From: an uncultured Acidobacteriota bacterium
GTDB lineage: Bacteria; Acidobacteriota; Vicinamibacteria; Vicinamibacterales; 2-12-FULL-66-21
Direction of reading: 5' to 3'
DNA length: 64,000 bases
Assembly (NCBI GenBank): GCA_963725335.1
Contig: CAVRYD010000014.1
Coordinates: 698,598-762,597 of the forward strand
Below the pieces are notes generated by a model. That model ran no database searches, was not told where the DNA came from, and saw nothing but the letters and a program-made list of their open reading frames with translations. Positions 18,213 to 26,335 of this stretch are shown piece by piece (position 1 is the first letter of the stretch; each line of letters opens with the position of its first letter). The position numbers were made by a program, and so were the translations under genes.

Positions 18213-18428
18213 TCAGACGCCTCAGGTTCCGCCGAATCCGATCGTCACGCTCTCGCCATCCACGATGACCGGCACGCGGCGCGCGCCTTTCGTGTACGCG
18301 AGCATTCTGTCGAGATCCGCTGGGCTCTTCTTGACGTTGAGGTATTGAAACGGAATGTTGGCCTCGACGTAGTGATCGCGAGCGCTCTCGGTATACGGAC
18401 ATCCGTCCTTGCCAAAGATCAGAACCAT
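18213..18428 (-). CDS. glutaredoxin-like small protein; possible selenoprotein if UGA 18224-18222 is read as Sec (conventional ORF is 18222..18428)
   Basis: 68-aa thioredoxin-fold ORF (MVLIFGKDGCPYTESARDHY...RRVPVIVDGESVTIGFGGT). The minus strand continues TGA GGC GTC TGA, a U-G-V-stop tail. Confidence 0.7.
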
Positions 18429-18470
18429 GGATCAAGCCTACGCCGAAAACGCGCAAAATGGGGAACGCGA

Positions 18471-19214
18471 ATGCTCCTTCTGCACGCCAACAACGCCTCG
18501 CCCTGGACCGGTCCCACGGGCAATAACACGTACCTGCTTCCGGGCCGTGTGCCCGCACTCGTGGATGCGGGCACCGGCAACGAGTCCCATCTCCAGAGCA
18601 TTGAAGAGGCGTTGCAGGGACGCCCGCTCGCACGCGTTCTCCTCACGCACGGCCATTCCGATCACGTCGGGGGCCTGCCCGCCGTTCTGCAGCGGTGGCC
18701 GTCAGCTGACGTGGTCCGTTTCGGGCATTCGGAGACCGTGGTCGACGCCGGCGACACGAGTCTGCGGATCGTCCACACGCCCGGACACGCGCCGGATCAT
18801 GTCTGCTTCTTCGATGAGCGCACGCGCGACATGTACTGTGGGGATCTCGTCCGCGCGGGAGGATCGATCGTCATTCCGGCAAGCAAGGGAGGCAACCTGC
18901 GTCAATATCTCGACTCCCTGACCCGCGCGCGGGCGTTGGCCCCGGCCCGGCTCCTGCCAGGGCACGGTCCAATCATCGATAATCCCGACGCCGTGTTTGA
19001 TCAGTACATCCGTCATCGTCGCCAACGCGAAGACGAAGTCATTGCTGCGCTTCGTGCCGGCTCGATGACGCCGGAGGAGATCGTGCCGCGAATCTACGGC
19101 GCGTTGAGCCCGGTTCTGGCTTCCGCTGCCGCCGACAGCGTGCTCGCTCACCTCGTCAAGCTGCACGAAGAGCAGCGCGCCTTCGTTTCAGATGACGGCT
19201 GGCGGCTGGTGTAG
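18471..19214 (+). CDS. MBL-fold metallo-hydrolase
   Basis: Only the last 247 aa of the 873-aa ORF 16593..19214 look real. ATG 18471 begins MLLLHANNASPWTGPTGNNTYLL, with the metal motif THGHSDHVGG and later HTPGHAPDH. Confidence 0.85.
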   Translation: MLLLHANNASPWTGPTGNNTYLLPGRVPALVDAGTGNESHLQSIEEALQGRPLARVLLTHGHSDHVGGLPAVLQRWPSADVVRFGHSETVVDAGDTSLRIVHTPGHAPDHVCFFDERTRDMYCGDLVRAGGSIVIPASKGGNLRQYLDSLTRARALAPARLLPGHGPIIDNPDAVFDQYIRHRRQREDEVIAALRAGSMTPEEIVPRIYGALSPVLASAAADSVLAHLVKLHEEQRAFVSDDGWRLV

Positions 19215-19310
19215 GTGGCGGTTGGCGACGGACGTGTCTGCATTATGGACTGCGCGTGGGGCCTAGCCTCCGCCAAGGCTTCGGCTAACGCGCTCTCGCT
19301 CGGCGACGTT

Positions 19311-19351
19311 GCGCCTCGCTCGGGTCGCAGGCGCTTTCCCTTTTCCCTTTC
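19311..19351. repeat. hairpin (GCGCCT-N12-AGGCGC) plus TTTTCCC heptamer tract, copy 1
   Basis: gcgcctcgctcgggtcgcaggcgctttcccttttccctttc. A near-identical copy in the same orientation lies at 20432-20484. This copy sits downstream of the + strand MBL gene like an intrinsic terminator. Confidence 0.7.
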
Positions 19352-19752
19352 TACGCGGGTAGCCAGCCCTTTGGCAGGTCGGGGACGCGTGCGGCGCGTT
19401 TGGCGGCTTTTGGCATTGCGTCGCGGATCACCTGCTCGAGCTGTTCGAGATAAGCGACGAAGCGCTGACGCCCGTCGGCGCTCAAACGGCAGAGCGTTTG
19501 AGGCCGACGGTTTTCAAATCCTTTCCAGACCTCGACGAGTCCGGCCTCTCGGAGGACGTCAAGGTGTCGGCTCAGGTTTCCATCCGTCAGCGCGCACAAT
19601 CGCTTCAGCTCTGAAAACAGCAGCCCCTCGGGTCGCGTCACGAGCGACGTCATGATCCCAAGCCGCGCCTTTTCATGGAGCACCCGCTCCAGTCCGTCGT
19701 AGGCGAAGCGCCCCTGGTCCTCGTCCCTTTCAGACTTCTTCTTCCCAGCCAT
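19351..19752 (-). CDS. winged-helix transcriptional regulator (ArsR/MarR-like HTH)
   Basis: 133-aa ORF with LHEKARLGIMTSLVTRPEGLLFSELKRLCALTDGNLSRHLDVLREAGLVEV, typical of a wHTH recognition region. Confidence 0.75.
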   Translation of the reverse strand: MAGKKKSERDEDQGRFAYDGLERVLHEKARLGIMTSLVTRPEGLLFSELKRLCALTDGNLSRHLDVLREAGLVEVWKGFENRRPQTLCRLSADGRQRFVAYLEQLEQVIRDAMPKAAKRAARVPDLPKGWLPA

Positions 19753-20386
19753 CGTTCTCCTCGGGACGCGTTCCGGCGGGGTGCGCCGCCGCGCCGCGTC
19801 GTTCCAGGTTCCAGAACAGCACGAATGCCGCCATCAGTTGTCCCGCGCCGAACGTTCCGCCGACCCACCACCCGTGCAGCGGTTCGGGCCCGTGCGCCAT
19901 CCAGAGAAGCGCGACGCCCGCCGCGTAGTAGAACAACGCGACCCATCCGCTCGCGCGCGGCAGATAAGGCCGCGACGCAAAGATGCCGACGCCGAAACAG
20001 ATGGCCCAGATGCCTGGAAGCAGCGGCACCAGCGCCGCGTCCAACCGCACGAAGCTGGCGGAGATGATCGCGCCCGCCATCAGGCTGGGCAGAAACTGCC
20101 CGACGACCTGGCGAGTGCGTCGCCGCGCGGCGGATTCATCCCGCAGGTAGTTATAGATGATCTCGCTCACGCCAACGAGCGCAGCGCATGCGGCAATCGC
20201 GCTCCAGTACCAGACGAATCCAATCGGATCGCGTACGCCAAGCGCGGGCGCCTGAGCCCATGCCGCAGCAATCCCGATGATCCCGGACGCCGCCACCGGA
20301 ACCGATCGATAACCGCGGTAGACCTCTCCCTTCGCAAGCTGCTGGTGGATATCGGCAAGCTGTCCGAGCGCGCGGGAAAGGTCCAT
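19730..20386 (-). CDS. integral membrane protein of unknown function
   Basis: 218-aa ORF with 5-6 hydrophobic segments. It overlaps the downstream regulator gene by 23 nt, so they are probably co-transcribed. Confidence 0.6.
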   Translation of the reverse strand: MDLSRALGQLADIHQQLAKGEVYRGYRSVPVAASGIIGIAAAWAQAPALGVRDPIGFVWYWSAIAACAALVGVSEIIYNYLRDESAARRRTRQVVGQFLPSLMAGAIISASFVRLDAALVPLLPGIWAICFGVGIFASRPYLPRASGWVALFYYAAGVALLWMAHGPEPLHGWWVGGTFGAGQLMAAFVLFWNLERRGAAAHPAGTRPEENDGWEEEV

Positions 20387-20431
20387 CCAGCTATACTTTG
20401 CGATACAAAGGAATTGAAGTCAATGGGCTAC

Positions 20432-20484
20432 GCGCCTCGCTCGAGCCGCAGGCGCTTTCCCTTTTCCCTTTTCCCTTTTCCCTT
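20432..20484. repeat. hairpin (GCGCCT-N12-AGGCGC) plus TTTTCCC heptamer tract, copy 2
   Basis: gcgcctcgctcgagccgcaggcgctttcccttttcccttttcccttttccctt. This is a direct repeat of 19311-19351 with two extra TTTTCCC units. Confidence 0.7.
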
Positions 20485-20499
20485 GTACGATTGTCGGTC

Positions 20500-21337
20500 A
20501 TGAACGGCTACGCGAACTCGCATCTCGTGTTGAGCCCGCGCGATCTGGCGGCGCTGCTCGAGCCAGGTGCTGTGCCGGCGCCGCTGGTGCTCGATCTCCG
20601 ACCACCAGAGGCGTATACGGCGGGTCACATCCCGGGCGCAATCCATCTCGACCTCTGGGGGGTCAGCCTCATTGATACCGATCCGGCGCCGCTCACAGCA
20701 TTCATGTGGATGATCGAGCACGTGCTTGCCGTGCACGGGGTCGATGCGGCCACGCCAGTCGTCGTATACGACGAACAGTCGGGCGTTCGCGCGGCCCGCG
20801 CATTCTGGTTCCTGGAACACTTTGGTCATCCGTCGGTTCGTGTTCTGGATGGCGGTTTCAACGCCTGGACTGCCGCGCGACTTCCCATCACCAGAGACGC
20901 GGAGCCGCCGCCCTTGAGCGAATGGACGGGTCGTCGTGACGAGCGCACGCTGGCGACCTGGAAAGACGTGAAGAGCGCAATCGGCCGCCCCGACGCCGTG
21001 ATTATCGATACTCGAAGCGATGCCGAGTACCGACGGATCTTTGGTGAGGGCGCGTCGCGGCGGCGCCGTCCCAGGCGCCGTGCACATCGAGTGGACCCGA
21101 AACCTTGCCGAGTCCGGCGAGTTCAAGTCCGCCGAGGAACTGAAGAAAATGTATACGGACGCCGGGGTCACTCCGGACCGCGAGGTGATTACCTACTGTC
21201 AAGGCGGCTATCGGGCCGCGAATTCATATCTGGCTCTCCGTCTGCTGGGTTATCCACGCGTCCGGATGTACATCGGATCGTGGAAGGAATGGGGCGATCG
21301 CGAAGACCTGCCCATCGAGCATCCGACGCACCGGTAA
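20500..21337 (+). pseudogene. thiosulfate/3-mercaptopyruvate sulfurtransferase (tandem rhodanese), one +1 frame break
   Basis: ORF-track pieces 20398..21678 (real from ATG 20500, MNGYANSHLVLSPRDL..., good to ...DTRSDAEY) and 21020..21337 (..GAVPGAVHIEW...ITYCQGGYRAANSY). Deleting one c at 21030-21031 joins them. 838 nt minus 1 is a multiple of 3. Confidence 0.8.
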
Positions 21338-21367
21338 CGCCGTCTGCCAGACAATCCTCGAGGCATC

Positions 21368-22735
21368 ATGAACAACGTCATCGATTTCATCAACACACAC
21401 CGAGACCGGTACGTGGAGGAGCTCAAGACGTATCTGGCCATTCCAAGCATCAGCGCGCTCCCGGAACATGCCGCCGACGTAAAGCGCTGTGCGGAATGGA
21501 CCGCCGAGGAGATGCGGCGGATCGGTCTTCAGAACGTCAAGCTGATCGACACGCCCGGATTCCCGGTTGTCTACGGCGACTGGCTCGGCGCGCCGGGCGC
21601 GCCCACGATTCTTTTCTACGGCCACTACGACGTCCAGCCTGTCGATCCCTTGAACCTCTGGGAGTCTCCGCCGTTTGAGGCGACGGTGCGCGATGGCGAA
21701 ATTTACGCTCGAGGCTCTGCCGATGACAAGGGGCAGGTGTTCATGCACTTCAAAGCCATCGAGGCACACCTGAAGCAGAACGGACGGCTGCCGGTCAACA
21801 TGAAGATCATCCTGGAGGGAGAAGAGGAAGTCGGCTCGGAAAACCTCGACAATTTCGTGAAGTCGCACAAGGATGAGCTGTCGGCGGATGTCGTCGTGAT
21901 CTCGGATTCGCCGATGTTCGATCGGGGAATTCCGTCCATCTGCTACGGTCTGCGAGGTCTCGTCTACTTCCAGATCGATCTTCGCGGCACCAGGAGCGAT
22001 CTCCATTCAGGCTCCTTCGGCGGGGCGGTTGCAAATCCGAACATGGTGCTCGCGCAGATTCTCGCGCAGATGAAGGACCGCGGCGGCCGCATCAAGATTC
22101 CAGGCTTCTACGACGACGTGAGGGAGCTGACGCCGGAGGAGCGCGCGCAGTGGAAGCGGCTGCCCTTCAACGAGCGTCGCTACGCGAAGGAGCTGGGCGC
22201 GCCGAAGCTGTTCGGAGAAAGTGGATATTCGACGCTCGAGCGGGTGTGGGCCCGCCCGACATTCGAAGTGAACGGGATACTGGGCGGGTTCACCGGCGAG
22301 GGAGCCAAGACCGTCATTCCGGCCGTCGCCATGGCGAAGGTCAGCATGCGCCTGGTACCCAACCAGGATCCAGACAAGATCGCGAAACTGTTCGAAGAGT
22401 ACGTTCGGAAGATCGCGCCGAAGACGATGGAGGTCAAAGTCACCCGCATGCACGGCGGCAAACCGTGGATGACCGAGTTCAATAACCCGTTTGTCCAGGC
22501 AGCCGGGCGCGCGATTGAGAAAGGATTTGGCCAGGCGCCCGTATTCAACCGGGAAGGCGGGTCCATACCGGTTGTCGCGACGTTCCAGGAAATTCTGGGG
22601 CTGCCTTCAGTCCTCTTTGGCGTCGGGCTGCCTGATGAAAACGCACACGCACCGAACGAAAAGCTGGACCTGGGAAACTTTCACGGAGGCATCATCGCGT
22701 CAGCCTATCTGTACGACGAGGTCGCGAAAACCTAG
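21368..22735 (+). CDS. M20 family dipeptidase (ArgE/DapE/CPG2 family)
   Basis: 455-aa ORF with LFYGHYDVQP and GSADDKGQ metal-ligand regions and the dimerisation-domain layout of M20 peptidases. Confidence 0.85.
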   Translation: MNNVIDFINTHRDRYVEELKTYLAIPSISALPEHAADVKRCAEWTAEEMRRIGLQNVKLIDTPGFPVVYGDWLGAPGAPTILFYGHYDVQPVDPLNLWESPPFEATVRDGEIYARGSADDKGQVFMHFKAIEAHLKQNGRLPVNMKIILEGEEEVGSENLDNFVKSHKDELSADVVVISDSPMFDRGIPSICYGLRGLVYFQIDLRGTRSDLHSGSFGGAVANPNMVLAQILAQMKDRGGRIKIPGFYDDVRELTPEERAQWKRLPFNERRYAKELGAPKLFGESGYSTLERVWARPTFEVNGILGGFTGEGAKTVIPAVAMAKVSMRLVPNQDPDKIAKLFEEYVRKIAPKTMEVKVTRMHGGKPWMTEFNNPFVQAAGRAIEKGFGQAPVFNREGGSIPVVATFQEILGLPSVLFGVGLPDENAHAPNEKLDLGNFHGGIIASAYLYDEVAKT

Positions 22736-22778
22736 ACAGCCCGTGTGCGCTTTTGCTCCGTGCTTCGTTATGTGAGGT

Positions 22779-23045
22779 ATGGAGACACATTTCAACAACC
22801 ACCTGCGGGACGACTCCTCGACGGCAACACTGGAGTCGATTCCCCGTATCTACATGACAACGCGTGAGATCGAGGTCGTTCGGTTGCTGGTGCGCGGCCT
22901 GTCGAACGCGGAAATTGCCGCACAGCTTGGGATCCAGCTGCAGACCGTAAAGAACCTGCTGTCAGCGCTTTACGCGAAGCTCGGAGTCTCGACGCGTCTT
23001 CAGCTCGTCCTTCTGGCCCTGCGGACAGGCTTCATCGCCTCGTAG
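22779..23045 (+). CDS. small LuxR/GerE-type HTH protein (no sensor domain)
   Basis: 88-aa ORF with TTREIEVVRLLVRGLSNAEIAAQLGIQLQTVKNLLSALYAKLGV, the LuxR C-terminal HTH. Confidence 0.75.
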   Translation: METHFNNHLRDDSSTATLESIPRIYMTTREIEVVRLLVRGLSNAEIAAQLGIQLQTVKNLLSALYAKLGVSTRLQLVLLALRTGFIAS

Positions 23046-23097
23046 CCGCCGCGTACGGCAGCTGTACGATCGGCCGCCCCGCGACGTTGTTACCGAC

Positions 23098-23388
23098 ATG
23101 ATGCCTCCATCACTCGCTGGCCGGCTTTCGGAGCCTCAGGTTCTCGAAGCAGCGCAGGGTTCAAACGGGACGACAATGCCCATCTGGCGGTTCTCTCCAA
23201 GGGAGCGGCAAATCGTGACGCTGCTCGTGAAGGGGAGTTCCAATCAGGAGATCGCGGACCGCCTGGGTCTGCGGCTGCAGACGGTCAAGAATCACCTCTC
23301 GCGGATCTACCGCAAACTTGGGGTGCCCAATCGCGTGCAGCTCGCCGTCCTTGCCCTCAATAAGGATGGGTCCGAGAGCACGGTGTAG
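23098..23388 (+). CDS. small LuxR/GerE-type HTH protein (no sensor domain), paralogue of the preceding gene
   Basis: 96-aa ORF with SPRERQIVTLLVKGSSNQEIADRLGLRLQTVKNHLSRIYRKLGV. The start is uncertain; an internal Met at MPIWRF is also possible. Confidence 0.7.
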   Translation: MMPPSLAGRLSEPQVLEAAQGSNGTTMPIWRFSPRERQIVTLLVKGSSNQEIADRLGLRLQTVKNHLSRIYRKLGVPNRVQLAVLALNKDGSESTV

Positions 23389-23461
23389 GGCGCGGTCTTC
23401 GGGCCGCGTCCCGCACATTTCTGCTTGACCCCGTACGCGGGCGATCCGTACCGATCGCCCC

Positions 23462-24121
23462 GTGCAAGCCGCCATTGCCGCACGAGTGCGGCACGGCGTC
23501 GCGCGAATAGTGTGCGCGCTCGTCGCGCTGTGCGCAGGCTGCTCACGCCCCGCCAATCCTCGCGAGACGTCCGGCATCGTTCCGACCTACGACACCAAGA
23601 CGGGCCGGCTCACCCAGCTCGCGTACGACTCCAATCACAACGGCACGTTCGATACGTGGACAGACATGAACGGCAGCCGCGCTGTGCAAACCCGCATCGA
23701 CCGTAATGAAGATGGCAAAATCGACCGGTGGGAGTACTACGACGATCACGGGAAGCTGGTGAAGATCGGGATGTCGACAGGGGACACCGGTAAGCCAGAC
23801 GAGTGGGCGTTTGCTGGCGCCGATGGAAAGTCTCGCCGAATCGAAATCTCATCGTCCGCCGATGAGAAAAAGATCGATCGGTGGGAGCACTACGACGGGG
23901 ACACAATCACGGCCGCAGAAGAGGACACCAATCATGATGGTGTCGTCGACAAATGGGAAAGCTACGAGGCGGGTCAGCTCAAGGCGGCGTCCTTCGATGA
24001 AAACGGTGACGGCAAACCGGATCGCCGGCTGACCTATGCAGCCGGAGCCCTTGTCGGGATCGACACCGACCCGGATGCTTCGGGATCGTTCAGGAAGCAT
24101 ATGGCCGTCACGCCGGACTGA
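23462..24121 (+). CDS. probable lipoprotein with six D-x-[DN]-x-D-G-x2-D-x-W-E-x-Y calcium-binding-like repeats
   Basis: 219-aa ORF with the signal/lipobox-like segment IVCALVALCAGCS. Repeats: DSNHNGTFDTW, DRNEDGKIDRWEYYD, TGDTGKPDEWAF, SADEKKIDRWEHYD, DTNHDGVVDKWESYE, DENGDGKPDRRLTY. Confidence 0.7.
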   Translation: MQAAIAARVRHGVARIVCALVALCAGCSRPANPRETSGIVPTYDTKTGRLTQLAYDSNHNGTFDTWTDMNGSRAVQTRIDRNEDGKIDRWEYYDDHGKLVKIGMSTGDTGKPDEWAFAGADGKSRRIEISSSADEKKIDRWEHYDGDTITAAEEDTNHDGVVDKWESYEAGQLKAASFDENGDGKPDRRLTYAAGALVGIDTDPDASGSFRKHMAVTPD

Positions 24122-24126
24122 GCGGC

Positions 24127-24161
24127 GACTCGCGGCTCGCGACTCGTGGCTCGCGGATTTT
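24127..24161. repeat. heptamer tract GACTCGC GGCTCGC GACTCGT GGCTCGC GGATTTT
   Basis: Five in-phase 7-mers between the lipoprotein gene and fcl. The units are the complement type of the GAGCCGC array at 42275-42337. Confidence 0.6.
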
Positions 24162-24194
24162 GGGTCGGATTAAGCGTTAGGATTACTAGGACTC

Positions 24195-25154
24195 ATGAAT
24201 CTCAACTCCCGAATCTTCGTTGCCGGCAGTCGCGGACTGGTCGGGTCGGCCATCGTTCGGCGCCTCGAGCGTGCGGGGGCGACCCGCTTACTGACGGCGA
24301 CGCGCGAGCAGTTGGATCTGCGCGATCAGGCCGCGGTCAGTTACTGGTTCCGAGCAAATCGCCCCGAATACGTCTTCCTCGTCGCCGGCACCGTCGGAGG
24401 CATTTTCGCGAACTCCACGCGGCCCGCCGAGTTCATCTACGACAACATGATGATCCATGCGACGGTGGTTCACGCGGCCCATCAGTATGGCGTCAGAAAG
24501 CTGCTCTATCTCGGCAGCTCCTGTATCTATCCGCGCCTCGCCCCGCAGCCGATGAAGGAAGAGCATCTGTTGACAGGGCTGCTGGAACCGACCAACGAGC
24601 CATATGCAATCGCCAAGATTGCGGGCATCAAGCTGTGCGAGGCGTACCGCAAGCAGTACGGCGCGAACTTCATCTCGGCGATGCCCACGAATCTGTACGG
24701 CCCGAACGACAACTTCGATCTCACCCAGTCACACGTCCTGCCCGCGTTGATCCGCAAGTTCCACGACGCGAAGGCAGAGGGGCGCCGTGAAATAGAGATC
24801 TGGGGTACCGGCAATCCCCGCCGCGAATTCCTGCACGCGGACGATCTCGCAGACGCGTGCGTCTTCCTCATGGAAAGCTACGACGAACTCGGCCACATCA
24901 ACGTCGGCACCGGCGAGGATCTGTCCATACGCGAGCTCGCTGAGACGTTGAGACAGGTGATCCATCCGGCGGCGACGCTGCGTTTCGATGTCAACAAGCC
25001 CGACGGACCACCGCGAAAGCTGCTCGACGTGAGCCGCCTTCACGCGCTCGGCTGGAGGCATCGGATCGATCTCCGCGAAGGTCTTGCGTCGACGTACCAG
25101 TGGTTCCTGGAGCATCAGGACTCGCTTCGGACGTCAACGGCGGCGATCGGCTGA
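24195..25154 (+). CDS. fcl: GDP-L-fucose synthase
   Basis: 319-aa ORF, collinear with E. coli Fcl as I recall it: IFVAGSRGLVGSAI..., LGSSCIYP, EPTNEPYAIAKIAGIKLCEAY, PTNLYGPNDNF, PDGPPRKLLDVSRL, YQWFLE. Confidence 0.9.
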   Translation: MNLNSRIFVAGSRGLVGSAIVRRLERAGATRLLTATREQLDLRDQAAVSYWFRANRPEYVFLVAGTVGGIFANSTRPAEFIYDNMMIHATVVHAAHQYGVRKLLYLGSSCIYPRLAPQPMKEEHLLTGLLEPTNEPYAIAKIAGIKLCEAYRKQYGANFISAMPTNLYGPNDNFDLTQSHVLPALIRKFHDAKAEGRREIEIWGTGNPRREFLHADDLADACVFLMESYDELGHINVGTGEDLSIRELAETLRQVIHPAATLRFDVNKPDGPPRKLLDVSRLHALGWRHRIDLREGLASTYQWFLEHQDSLRTSTAAIG

Positions 25155-25171
25155 GCATCGTCAGTCCTCTG

Positions 25172-26335
25172 ATGCCGGCCGTTTCCGCGCGCGCACGCAA
25201 CCTGGTCTTTCCTCCGTTCGACCTCCTGAACCAGAAAGCCGCCGCGCTGCGGCAGGCCGGAAAGCCAGTCATCAGTCTGGGGCAGGCGGTGCCTGGCTTT
25301 CCGCCGCCGCCGTCAGCACTGCAGGCTGCCGCTCGCGCGCTCGGCGATCCCGACGTGCACCGGTATTCGTCCGACGCAGGCCTTCTCAGCCTGCGTCGGG
25401 CTTTCTGCGAGCGACTTGCAGAGACGCTCGACATCAGGGCAACTCCGGACGACGTGATCGTGACGGCCGGCGGAAATCAGGCATTCATGCTTGCGGCGAT
25501 GACGGTCCTCGATCCAGGCGACGACGTCGTCCTCGCGGCGCCGTACTTCGTCAATCACGAGATGGCGATTCGCGCCGTTGGCGCGACGCCTATCGAGGCG
25601 CCAGTCGGCGAAGCCTCCGGCTTTGCGGCGCGATGGGCCGACATCGAGCCGCACCTGACGCCGCGCACGCGTGCCGTCGTGCTCTGCACGCCGAGTAATC
25701 CCACGGGCGCGGTGATTCCGCGCGACGAGCTCGAGCGGATTGTCTTCGAGTTGTCAGCACGACGCCTGACGCTGCTGTGCGACGAAACCTACCTTCACTT
25801 CGTGTACGACGGCGCGCATGCCAGCGCGGCGGCGATACCTGCGTGGCGCGAGACCGTCGTCGTCGTCGGAACGTTCTCCAAATCGCTGGCGATGACAGGA
25901 TGGCGCGTTGGATATCTGCTCGCCGACAAGAGAGTCTGCGAAGAGGCGATCAAGATCCAGGACGCGATGATCATCTGTGCCCCGGTCATCTCGCAGATCG
26001 CAGTGCAGGCCGCCATTCGCGACGACTGGAACTACATCACACGTTTTCATGCGGAATTGCGGAGCCGTCGAGCCGCTCTGGCGGGCGCTATCGGTCAGAT
26101 TCCCGCCCTCCGGTGGCAACCGACGGGTGGCGGCTTCTTCGCCTTCGTTCGAGTTACGGATGGGAGAGATTCCGAACAGTTGGCGTCGGAGATTCTGGAG
26201 CGGGCGCACGTGGTGACGATTCCCGGCGCGTCGTTCGGGCAATGCGGAGAGGGCTTTCTCCGCCTGTCCTACGGTGCGGTCGCTGTGGACGATCTGCTCG
26301 AGGCGTGCGAGAGGCTGGGGAGATTCTTCAGTTGA
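25172..26335 (+). CDS. class I/II pyridoxal-phosphate-dependent aminotransferase
   Basis: ORF track 25100..26335 trimmed to ATG 25172, avoiding overlap with fcl. PLP-lysine region FSKSLAMTGWRVGY and PSNPTG. Confidence 0.85.
   Translation: MPAVSARARNLVFPPFDLLNQKAAALRQAGKPVISLGQAVPGFPPPPSALQAAARALGDPDVHRYSSDAGLLSLRRAFCERLAETLDIRATPDDVIVTAGGNQAFMLAAMTVLDPGDDVVLAAPYFVNHEMAIRAVGATPIEAPVGEASGFAARWADIEPHLTPRTRAVVLCTPSNPTGAVIPRDELERIVFELSARRLTLLCDETYLHFVYDGAHASAAAIPAWRETVVVVGTFSKSLAMTGWRVGYLLADKRVCEEAIKIQDAMIICAPVISQIAVQAAIRDDWNYITRFHAELRSRRAALAGAIGQIPALRWQPTGGGFFAFVRVTDGRDSEQLASEILERAHVVTIPGASFGQCGEGFLRLSYGAVAVDDLLEACERLGRFFS

Noticed and set aside
16593-19214. 873-aa ORF on the + strand, the longest in the track
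   Set aside because: Only its last 247 aa (from ATG 18471) look like a real MBL-fold protein. The rest is antisense to the thyX-like and glutaredoxin-like genes and has the Arg/Ala/Gly-rich composition typical of stop-free antisense frames in high-GC DNA.
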